From an uncultured virus (IMG/VR IMGVR_UViG_3300034102_003702) (Duplodnaviria; Heunggongvirae; Uroviricota; Caudoviricetes): a stretch of DNA of 64,000 bases. This document shows positions 48,143 through 56,329 of the stretch, in pieces. Numbering within the stretch: the stretch's first letter is position 1; the number at the start of each line of letters is the position of its first letter. Below the pieces are notes generated by a model. That model searched no databases. It was given only the letters and a program-made list of their open reading frames with translations, and was not told where the DNA came from. Made by a program: the position numbers and the translations under genes. The stretch is taken from the IMG/VR virus record IMGVR_UViG_3300034102_003702, positions 1 through 64,000 of that record; one strand, 5' to 3'.

Positions 48143-48584
48143 TTTATCTTTTCTGAATCTCAATACTATTAAGAGTAAACTTTTACAGATAGAAACCAAT
48201 TCTCACGGACTTGTAAGCAAAGGTGCTTCTACTTATAATCACGGAATGCCTGTTCTAATGTATCCAGAATTAACTGGATTAAAAAATACAATCAAACAAT
48301 ATGTGAGATTGTATTGCAATAAGTATGAGATTCCTCCACTCAAGTTTATCAACAGTTGGTTCAATATTTCACAACCAGGAAATAAACTCAAAGCACATAA
48401 GCACGAAGAAAGTATTGTAAGTGGAGCATTTTATATTTCTGGAAAAACTCCTTTAATATTTCCAGATACATCAATCAATCCTTATCCAGGATTATTAGTC
48501 ATCTTCTCAAGTGATTTGGTTCATTATACAGAAGAAGAAACAGAAGAACGAATTATTATTAGTTTTAATACAGATTACCTATGA
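48126..48584 (+). CDS. 2OG-Fe(II) oxygenase (HxH type)
   Basis: SWFN, HKH, VSGAFY, LVH, RIIISFN. Confidence 0.8.
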   Translation: MIEEYDLSFLNLNTIKSKLLQIETNSHGLVSKGASTYNHGMPVLMYPELTGLKNTIKQYVRLYCNKYEIPPLKFINSWFNISQPGNKLKAHKHEESIVSGAFYISGKTPLIFPDTSINPYPGLLVIFSSDLVHYTEEETEERIIISFNTDYL

Positions 48585-49261
48585 AATTTCATACATTTTA
48601 TACAGATAACCTTCCTAAGCAACTGATAGAAGACCATAAAAAAGTTTGTAATCATATAGGTATTGAAGTTCAATATCATAGTGAAGAATTTACTGATTAT
48701 GAGGGTGTTTATACTGCTCACGGAAAGTTTATGACTTCTGTGATGGAAAAGGAAGAGGTTGCTTGTTTTTTGGATATTGATTGTCTTCCTCACAACAAAG
48801 AACTTCTGGAGAAAGCATATTCCTGGGCAGTAGAAAATCAATCATTTGTGGGCAATGCTCAAAATATTTCTCATACACAAATGAGAAATCACATCTATGC
48901 GGCTGCTTCTTGTTTGATTGTAACAAAAGATGCTTGGAATACATTAGGTAATCCAGACTTTTCTTGGTTTATGCAAAATGGAGTACAGATAGATACTGCA
49001 CAACTTTTAACTTTAAGAGCAGACCAAATTGGAATGTCTTATCAGTTAATGTATCCAGTTGGTTATGATGGTCCTGAAGAATATAAACTTTCTGGTTATG
49101 GAATGTATGGAACAGGAACTTTATATCCAGCAACCTGGCATTATTTTAGAATTAGTAGATTTAAAGATTCAATTCCAGACCTTTGGACAACTCGTGTAAA
49201 TAATATATTAGAAGACCAAAAAATCATTCCACATCATTCATCGTGTTTTTATGAACTATAA
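48581..49261 (+). CDS. Putative GT-A glycosyltransferase-like protein
   Basis: FLDIDC DxD motif; cluster context. Confidence 0.5.
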   Translation: MKFHTFYTDNLPKQLIEDHKKVCNHIGIEVQYHSEEFTDYEGVYTAHGKFMTSVMEKEEVACFLDIDCLPHNKELLEKAYSWAVENQSFVGNAQNISHTQMRNHIYAAASCLIVTKDAWNTLGNPDFSWFMQNGVQIDTAQLLTLRADQIGMSYQLMYPVGYDGPEEYKLSGYGMYGTGTLYPATWHYFRISRFKDSIPDLWTTRVNNILEDQKIIPHHSSCFYEL

Positions 49262-50018
49262 GTTTTTGTTTTTAGTTGGGTCTGCAATCAATCATTTCAA
49301 CGAAGAACATATAAGTGCTTTCAAAGCAGAAGAAAGATTTCAGCAGACATTAGACACCATTCAATCTATTAGAGATAAATCTCCTGATGCTTATGTTTTA
49401 ATCTATGAAGCATCAGAAACTTCTATTAAAGAAGAATACAAAGACATCTTAAGAGAAAAGTCTGATTTATTTCTTGAGTGTGGAAATGACCCATATATGA
49501 AGTCACTCTATGAAAATGTTCATAGAGACCCAGATAAATTTACATTTGTAAAGTCTATGCTTGAGTGTAGATGTTTAGAACTTGTTCTTCAACATATGGT
49601 AGAACATAATGTCTTTAGTGATGTAACCAGAGTATTCAAGTTAAGTGGTAGATATAAACTGAACGAATACTTTGATATTAATGACTATAAGACTAGGTTT
49701 TTAACAAATAAGTATGTGATGAAGTATTATGATTATGAGGAAAGATTTGAAGATATTGAAAACATTTACTCACTTCTTTATGGGTGCAAAGGAAGTGTCG
49801 TGACTGGGTTGTGGTCCTTTGATAGATTCTTATTTAATGATATTTTTAGTGTTCTTCAAAGAAGTTTTCAGTATATGGAAAGAGCAATTCAACTGACTGC
49901 TGGAATTGATATTGAACACTCTTTCTATCATTTTATTGATAGGGATAAAATTCTAAATGTTCCTGTTCTTGGTCTAGATTTAATCAAAGGTATGGATGGA
50001 GATAGGTTCTCATTATGA
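49251..50018 (+). CDS. Hypothetical protein, possibly glycosyltransferase-related
   Basis: ERF.QT..TI.SI and FKLSGRY motifs; cluster context. Confidence 0.5.
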   Translation: MNYKFLFLVGSAINHFNEEHISAFKAEERFQQTLDTIQSIRDKSPDAYVLIYEASETSIKEEYKDILREKSDLFLECGNDPYMKSLYENVHRDPDKFTFVKSMLECRCLELVLQHMVEHNVFSDVTRVFKLSGRYKLNEYFDINDYKTRFLTNKYVMKYYDYEERFEDIENIYSLLYGCKGSVVTGLWSFDRFLFNDIFSVLQRSFQYMERAIQLTAGIDIEHSFYHFIDRDKILNVPVLGLDLIKGMDGDRFSL

Positions 50019-50719
50019 AAATTGCAATCTTCTATCATACCTTTCAATCTGGTATGAGTGCTTTTGTCTATCAATCTCAAATTCATAGGTTGTATTGTTC
50101 TGGATTAATTGATGCTGCCGATTATATTCATATTGGAGTGAATGGTGACCAGGAAATGTTTAATGTTCCGGAAAAAGCAAAAGTTGTTTATAACAGTAAC
50201 TGGAAAGAAGAAACAGAAACTCTAATTGCACTCAAGAACTTTGCATATGAAAATCCAGATTATAAGATTTTATATTTTCATATGAAGGGAACAAGTAAAG
50301 AAACTCTTGTTGCCAATTCTTGGAGATTGATGATGGAATATTTTGTAATTGATAAATGGAAAGAATGTGTAGAGTATCTAAATGATTATGATTGTGTTGG
50401 ACAGACATTTAAACCACTAGGGCCAACTATATGGGGCGATGGGTCTATTACTTCTAATGAGGGTATAAGTTGTTATTGCGGAAACTTCTGGTGGGCAAAT
50501 GCATCTTATATTCAAACACTAGACCATAATTATTTGAATACTGATTATCGTTTTGATAGAGAGTTCTGGATAGGAACTAATAAGAATGCAAAAGCAAAAT
50601 CTTTTATGGAATATGGACAAGATGATTATATTGCAGACAATCATCCAATTCCATTAAAGAAAGGTATGAGTGATTATGAACCTTATACTTATTACTTTAA
50701 AGAGGTAGAATACTTATGA
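50015..50719 (+). CDS. Putative glycosyltransferase-like protein
   Basis: LYFHMKG, WR..MEYF, GNFWWA, R...EFWIG. Confidence 0.5.
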   Translation: MKIAIFYHTFQSGMSAFVYQSQIHRLYCSGLIDAADYIHIGVNGDQEMFNVPEKAKVVYNSNWKEETETLIALKNFAYENPDYKILYFHMKGTSKETLVANSWRLMMEYFVIDKWKECVEYLNDYDCVGQTFKPLGPTIWGDGSITSNEGISCYCGNFWWANASYIQTLDHNYLNTDYRFDREFWIGTNKNAKAKSFMEYGQDDYIADNHPIPLKKGMSDYEPYTYYFKEVEYL

Positions 50720-51084
50720 GACCCTGTGGAGACTGTACTGCTTGCTGCACTTGGTTAAAAGGAAGTGCTTATGGTTATGAGTTTGGTGGTGGAAAGTCCT
50801 GCAAATTCTTATGTGAAAGTGGATGTAGTGTTCATAAGGCAAGACCGAAGGTATGTGAGGGGTATTTTTGTGCTTGGTCTCAAGAATTAATATCAGAAGA
50901 ACTGAGACCTGATAAATGCGGAGTTCTTGCTTCTGTTGAAAATAATGAGAATGGTCAGTATTTGAGATTGACTTTAATGGGAAAAGAGATAAATACAGAT
51001 ATATTAGAATATTTTAAGGAGTGGAGTATTAAGATGAACACTCCAGTTTTGTATTTAAACAATCATATCTGGGAAGTTCTCTAA
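50716..51084 (+). CDS. CxxCxxCC metal/Fe-S-binding protein (YkgJ-like)
   Basis: CGDCTACC...CKFL...CSVH..RP.VC..YFC. Confidence 0.8.
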   Translation: MRPCGDCTACCTWLKGSAYGYEFGGGKSCKFLCESGCSVHKARPKVCEGYFCAWSQELISEELRPDKCGVLASVENNENGQYLRLTLMGKEINTDILEYFKEWSIKMNTPVLYLNNHIWEVL

Positions 51085-51085
51085 A

Positions 51086-52273
51086 ATGCCTACTTTTTAC
51101 AACTATACGGAAGGTGGTCAAGTATATTCTTTTGATGATGTCTTTGTACCTGCTGAGGCTTTTAGGCAAGGGACTTTATTTACTTGGGGTTCTAATGATG
51201 ACCCCTTCGAGGGTAATGGATTTTTAGGAACCAATGATTCAACCAATAGACGCACTCCAGTCACCACATTTGCTGGTGGAACAAACTGGAAACAAGTTGC
51301 TACTGGAAGTTTTCACACAGCAGCAATCAAGACTGATGGAACCTTATGGACTTGGGGAGTTAATTATAGTGGACAACTAGGAGTAGATGGTTCATCCAGT
51401 CAAATTCCAATCACCACATTCAACGGAGGAACCAACTGGAAACAAGTTTCTTGTGGAGTTAAACATACAGCAGCAATCAAGACTGATGGAACCTTATGGA
51501 CTTGGGGACGCAATGCTTATGGAGAACTAGGAATCAATACACCAACCCAAATAAACACTCCAGTCACAACATTTACAGGAGGAACCAACTGGAAACAAGT
51601 TGCTTGTGGATATGATCATACAATAGCAGTCAAAACTGATGGAACCCTATGGACTTGGGGTAATAATAGTAGTGGACAACTAGGAAACAATACAACAACC
51701 ACTAGATCCACTCCAGTTACTACATTTGCAGGAGGAACCAACTGGAAACAAGTTGCTGCTAAAGCGTCTTATACGTTTTATAATGCGGCAATCAAGAATG
51801 ATGGAACTTTATGGACTTGGGGAGATAATTCTAATGGACAACTAGGAGACAATACAACAACCCAAAGACTCACTCCAGTCACCACATTTGCAGGAGGAAC
51901 CAACTGGAAACAAGTTGCTTGTGGTAGTGGTCATAGTGCGGCAATCAAAACTGATGGAACTTTATGGACTTGGGGGTATAATTATGGAAGTCTAGGAGAC
52001 AATACAACAACCCAAAGACTCACTCCAGTCACCACATTTGCAGGAGGAACCAACTGGAAACAAGTTGCTGCTGGTAGTGGTCATTGTGCGGCAATCAAAA
52101 CTGATGGAACTTTATGGACTTGGGGTGCGAATAATGGTGCTGGACAACTAGGAATTAATAATACAAGCACTAGACTCACGCCAGTCACCACATTCGCAGG
52201 AGGAACCAACTGGAAACAAGTTGCTTGTGTATCTCATACAGCAGCAACCACATACATAGATAGTTACCAATAA
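51086..52273 (+). CDS. RCC1/BLIP-II-like seven-bladed beta-propeller protein 3
   Basis: Seven repeats of the same framework. Confidence 0.88.
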   Translation: MPTFYNYTEGGQVYSFDDVFVPAEAFRQGTLFTWGSNDDPFEGNGFLGTNDSTNRRTPVTTFAGGTNWKQVATGSFHTAAIKTDGTLWTWGVNYSGQLGVDGSSSQIPITTFNGGTNWKQVSCGVKHTAAIKTDGTLWTWGRNAYGELGINTPTQINTPVTTFTGGTNWKQVACGYDHTIAVKTDGTLWTWGNNSSGQLGNNTTTTRSTPVTTFAGGTNWKQVAAKASYTFYNAAIKNDGTLWTWGDNSNGQLGDNTTTQRLTPVTTFAGGTNWKQVACGSGHSAAIKTDGTLWTWGYNYGSLGDNTTTQRLTPVTTFAGGTNWKQVAAGSGHCAAIKTDGTLWTWGANNGAGQLGINNTSTRLTPVTTFAGGTNWKQVACVSHTAATTYIDSYQ

Positions 52274-52289
52274 AATATTATTCTTTATT

Positions 52290-53072
52290 ATGAAAACATT
52301 ATTTTTTCTTTCTGGTCTTCCAAGATCAGGTTCTACTTTACTTGGATCAATTCTTTCACAACATCCAAAACTACAAGCAACTCCAACATCGCCACTTGCG
52401 GATTTGCTTTGTTGGATTGATGAAGGTTTCTCTAAACTAGATCTTCAACACACTTATGATAAGCAACAAATTCAATACAATACTTATAATTCAATTCTAG
52501 AAAACTTTTATAATCACGTAGAGAAACCTTACATCCTTGATAAGCATCGTGGTTGGTGTAAGAATGTACCTTCTATTGAAAAGTTTCTACATCAAACTCC
52601 AAAGATTATAGCAACCAATCGCAGAATAAGTGAAGTTCTTGCTTCTTACATTCTACTCATTCAAAGAAATAATGAAGCAGATAATTTTGTAGATGCTCAT
52701 TTAAGAAGAGAAGGAAAACCAATTACAACAGATAATCGTATTGAATGTCTTTGGAAGAATTATGTCTGCGATCCTTATGAAAGTTTGGTTTATGGATTGA
52801 CACATAACAGATCAAATATTCATCTAGTAGATTATAATGATCTTACACAAAAACCAGAAAGAGAACTGAATAAAATCTATGAGTTTCTGGGAATAGAATC
52901 TCATTCGCACGATTTTTCGGACATTCTAAATACCTGCAAGGAAGACAAAGACCACGAATGGGGTCTTGATAATCTTCATCAAATTCGTTCAAAACTTCAA
53001 AGAACTTCACCACCTCCTGAAGAAGTGATTGGTGAAGAAAACACTAAACTTTATGATAAATTTAATATATGA
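52290..53072 (+). CDS. Sulfotransferase
   Basis: GLPRSGSTLL 5'-PSB loop, DK.R.W, R...E..AS, YNDL...P...L..IYEFLG. Confidence 0.85.
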   Translation: MKTLFFLSGLPRSGSTLLGSILSQHPKLQATPTSPLADLLCWIDEGFSKLDLQHTYDKQQIQYNTYNSILENFYNHVEKPYILDKHRGWCKNVPSIEKFLHQTPKIIATNRRISEVLASYILLIQRNNEADNFVDAHLRREGKPITTDNRIECLWKNYVCDPYESLVYGLTHNRSNIHLVDYNDLTQKPERELNKIYEFLGIESHSHDFSDILNTCKEDKDHEWGLDNLHQIRSKLQRTSPPPEEVIGEENTKLYDKFNI

Positions 53073-53755
53073 TTGAAGTATTTTTAAGACATTGTTATAC
53101 ATCCAAAGTTAATCTTTCTGGAGCAAATCGTCCAGATTGGTGGGATAAAGAAAAGGTATTCCAGAATTTCAAGAATACACTCAACCAAGAAACCACCAAC
53201 TACACAATCATCTTTGATGAGTGTTATGGAAAGCAAGAAGACACTTTCCTCAAAGATGAAAGTTCAATCACAATTAACTGTGGTAAAGAAAGTTCTAGTT
53301 TTTGTAAGACACTAGACCATATTCTTTCTCAAGACTTTGATGATGATACAATCATCTATTTTCTTGAAGATGACTATGTACACCGTCCAGAATGGGATAG
53401 GGCTCTCATAGATGCATTTACTCTTCCAGTTCAGTACGCAACCTTGTACGACCACGGAGATAAGTATCAGGAGATGTATAAGGACTTTATGACTAAAGTT
53501 CTAGCAACAAAATATTCTCATTGGATGCCAACTCCTTCAACAACAAATACTTTTGCAGTAAAATTCAAAACACTCAAAGAAGATAAAGAAATTCATAGAC
53601 ACTTCTCAACAGGATTTGAACCTTCTGCAGACCACGGTAAATTTTTAGAACTACATAAGAAAGGGAGGAATTTAATCTCAAGTATTCCTGGTTATTCTAC
53701 ACATTGTCATTCACAATTTTTATCACCTTGTATTGATTGGAGCACATACTTATGA
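53069..53755 (+). CDS. Putative GT-A glycosyltransferase
   Basis: IYFLEDDYVH motif, STT.TF, PGYSTH. Confidence 0.6.
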   Translation: MIEVFLRHCYTSKVNLSGANRPDWWDKEKVFQNFKNTLNQETTNYTIIFDECYGKQEDTFLKDESSITINCGKESSSFCKTLDHILSQDFDDDTIIYFLEDDYVHRPEWDRALIDAFTLPVQYATLYDHGDKYQEMYKDFMTKVLATKYSHWMPTPSTTNTFAVKFKTLKEDKEIHRHFSTGFEPSADHGKFLELHKKGRNLISSIPGYSTHCHSQFLSPCIDWSTYL

Positions 53756-55287
53756 AAGTTACACTATACGCAATTGCAAAGAACGAAGAAAAGAATATTG
53801 AAAAGTTTCTCAAGAATGCAGAGAAGTTTGATGATGTAGTTGTAGTTGATACTGGAAGTACAGATGATACAGTTCAACTGCTGAAAGATGCTGGTGTTAA
53901 AGTTTATGAGCATCCACAAACTCGTGAGGAGTTTGATTTTTCAGTTGCAAGAAATCAGGCACTTTCTTATGTAGAAACTGATTGGGCATTTGCACTTGAT
54001 TTTAATGAGGATGTTGCTGAGTTTCATCCAGAAGGTTTTGGTGTTATTGCTGGGGAATTTACCACATTCAGACATTTGAGATATGATGATAATGGTGGTG
54101 ATGAACCTGTTCAATCTAATGAGGTTCATACTCGTCTTCATAGAACCAAGAATTATACTTGGGTGAATGCTGTTCACGAAGTTCCAAACTTTATTCCAAC
54201 AGAAGAATATCCGAATGAAGTTGGTGTAGATACTACCATTAAGATTACTAAGAAGATTAATAAGACTGTAGATAAGGAATTATTCTATTTTAATATTTGC
54301 GAAAGGGAGTATAAAAAAGACCCAACTAATTGGTATTGGATTTGGTTTATTTTCAACCATTATTATAATGTTCAAAATTTCCAAAAAGCACTTGAATATG
54401 GTCAAGAGTTTCTAAACGTATCTAAACCTTACTTTGATAGTTTTAGAATTCTTGCTTTTATTCGTTGTAGTCAAATTCTACTGAATACGGGTGATATGCA
54501 ACGAGGAATGAATTATGCATTCCACGCAGTTAGTGAAGGAATGAATATGGGAGGTTCTCATTTATCTCAAGCATTCCAATACTTGTTTGAACTTTCTAAG
54601 AGATTGAATAATCCCAATCTTACAATCTTTGCAACTGGTTTCAATCCAGATATGCTTTCATCACCAGAAAGAATTGATGCGATTGATAAACTATTCTTAA
54701 CCAATCTTGAAGATATTCCTTCTTGCTGGAGAGGTCACCGTAGATTTGCTGAGTGGTTAGTAACGCAAGTCAACCCAGAAGTAACTGTGGATCTTGGAGT
54801 TGATTGGGGATTCTCAACTTTCTGTTTTGCGATGCCTCGTATTGGACAAGTTTATGGTGTTGATACTTTTGAAGGAGACCAATTTACTGGCGGAAATCAC
54901 GGATCTTATGAGTATGTTCTTAATAAGCAAGAGAAACTGTTTATGAATGACAATGTGACTTTCATCAAAGGACTTTTTGATGAGGTTGCAAAGACTTGGG
55001 ATAAGCAAATTGACATTCTTCATATTGATGGTGATCACGCATATGAATCAGTAAAGCACGATTATGAAACTTGGAGTCCATTTGTAAAAGAAAATGGTGT
55101 GATACTATTCCACGATACTTGTATTGAAGAACTGAATGGAAATCAATATGGCGTGAAGAAATTCTTTGATGAACTTGATCTTCCAAAAGTAACATTTACT
55201 CATACTTTTGGTCTTGGAGTTGCTTCAAAAAATAAGGATCTGATTGAGTTTATCAAGAATAACTTTGATTTGAATAATCCACTATGA
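53752..55287 (+). CDS. GT2 glycosyltransferase + TPR + class I SAM methyltransferase fusion
   Basis: AKNEE, VDTGSTD, FDFSVARN, VHE; helical middle; VDLGVDWGFS, LHIDGDHAYE, ILFHD. Confidence 0.85.
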   Translation: MKVTLYAIAKNEEKNIEKFLKNAEKFDDVVVVDTGSTDDTVQLLKDAGVKVYEHPQTREEFDFSVARNQALSYVETDWAFALDFNEDVAEFHPEGFGVIAGEFTTFRHLRYDDNGGDEPVQSNEVHTRLHRTKNYTWVNAVHEVPNFIPTEEYPNEVGVDTTIKITKKINKTVDKELFYFNICEREYKKDPTNWYWIWFIFNHYYNVQNFQKALEYGQEFLNVSKPYFDSFRILAFIRCSQILLNTGDMQRGMNYAFHAVSEGMNMGGSHLSQAFQYLFELSKRLNNPNLTIFATGFNPDMLSSPERIDAIDKLFLTNLEDIPSCWRGHRRFAEWLVTQVNPEVTVDLGVDWGFSTFCFAMPRIGQVYGVDTFEGDQFTGGNHGSYEYVLNKQEKLFMNDNVTFIKGLFDEVAKTWDKQIDILHIDGDHAYESVKHDYETWSPFVKENGVILFHDTCIEELNGNQYGVKKFFDELDLPKVTFTHTFGLGVASKNKDLIEFIKNNFDLNNPL

Positions 55288-55640
55288 AGTTAGTAGTTCC
55301 TATATCAGTTGGAGAACTTTTAGATAAGATTACTATCTTAGAAATCAAATCTATGTTCACCAATGATGAATATGTATCTAAAGAACTGAATGATTTGAAT
55401 GTTATCCGTAGTACTATAACTTCTTATACTACGGATAATATGAATCAGTTAAGAGAGGTAAATAAAAAACTTTGGAAAATAGAAGATAGACTCAGAGAAA
55501 AAGAAAAATTACAACAGTTTGATGATGAATTTATTGAACTTGCTCGTAGTGTTTATATCACTAATGATGAACGAGCAAGAATTAAAAAAGAAGTTAATGA
55601 GTTGTGTAATTCTGATTACAGAGAAGTAAAGGTATACTAA
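55284..55640 (+). CDS. Conserved hypothetical protein (DUF6165-like)
   Basis: PISVGELLDKITILEIK...LWKIED..R...FIELARSVY..ND.R..IK. Confidence 0.75.
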   Translation: MKLVVPISVGELLDKITILEIKSMFTNDEYVSKELNDLNVIRSTITSYTTDNMNQLREVNKKLWKIEDRLREKEKLQQFDDEFIELARSVYITNDERARIKKEVNELCNSDYREVKVY

Positions 55641-55664
55641 ATATTTAAAAATATATTCAATCTA

Positions 55665-56000
55665 ATGGCAGCAGTAAGTGCAGTTAATCTCACAATACAT
55701 AAAGGTACTTATTTTGAGGAAACTTTTCAGTTAGCTGCTGAAGATAATAGTGGATTGAATTTAACTAACAATATTGCGACTGCTAAATTAAGAAAGCATC
55801 CGTCGTCACCTACTTCACATACATTCAGTACAACTCTTACTGTTGCAGATAGCACAGTAAAAATTTCGATGGGATCTACAATTACTGCAGCACTTCCAAG
55901 TGGTAGATGTTATTATGATGTAATTTTGACTACTAGTGGTGGAATGATTTCAAAAGTAGTTGAAGGAAATGTAATCGTAGAGGAGACTGCTTCCGTATGA
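55665..56000 (+). CDS. Small virion structural protein
   Basis: NLTI.KG..F, AKLRK, G.YYDV....VVEG; CTAAATA upstream. Confidence 0.65.
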   Translation: MAAVSAVNLTIHKGTYFEETFQLAAEDNSGLNLTNNIATAKLRKHPSSPTSHTFSTTLTVADSTVKISMGSTITAALPSGRCYYDVILTTSGGMISKVVEGNVIVEETASV

Positions 56001-56296
56001 CTTACCAAGTAAGAGTTGCAGGTAGAGGAACTAACATCAAAACAACAGTAGCTTCGGGGGTAATTATGGCAAGAAACCTAAGCGAACTTTTGGATGTTGA
56101 TATCGTTGGAAAAAGTGACAAGTATGTATTAATGTATGATAATGCAACTAAAAAATGGACTGCGGTAAATCCAGATGAAGTTTTATCTGCAGCATCAACA
56201 ACTGAGACGACTCAACCGGGTCTTCCTACTAATTTTGTTGACGAACTTGATGTAGACCTAGATGATAAAATTGATCTTGATGCAGGAAGTTTTTGA
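55997..56296 (+). CDS. Small fibre-associated protein
   Basis: LSELLDVD..VLMYD...KW; ends DAGSF like the next gene (DAGTF). Confidence 0.65.
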   Translation: MTYQVRVAGRGTNIKTTVASGVIMARNLSELLDVDIVGKSDKYVLMYDNATKKWTAVNPDEVLSAASTTETTQPGLPTNFVDELDVDLDDKIDLDAGSF

Positions 56297-56329
56297 ATCA
56301 ATAAATAATAAAAAAAGAGTATAAAGAAG

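Noticed and set aside
43780..52220. CRISPR-like array (constant ~40-nt repeats with variable spacers)
   Set aside because: Repeats are in-frame coding segments of long ORFs with synonymous variation and a ~150-165 nt period; no cas genes.
43643..52273. Diversity-generating retroelement acting on the RCC1-like repeats
   Set aside because: No reverse transcriptase in the window, no non-coding template repeat, and differences between near-identical repeats are not adenine-specific (e.g. TGT vs GCT) and include indels.
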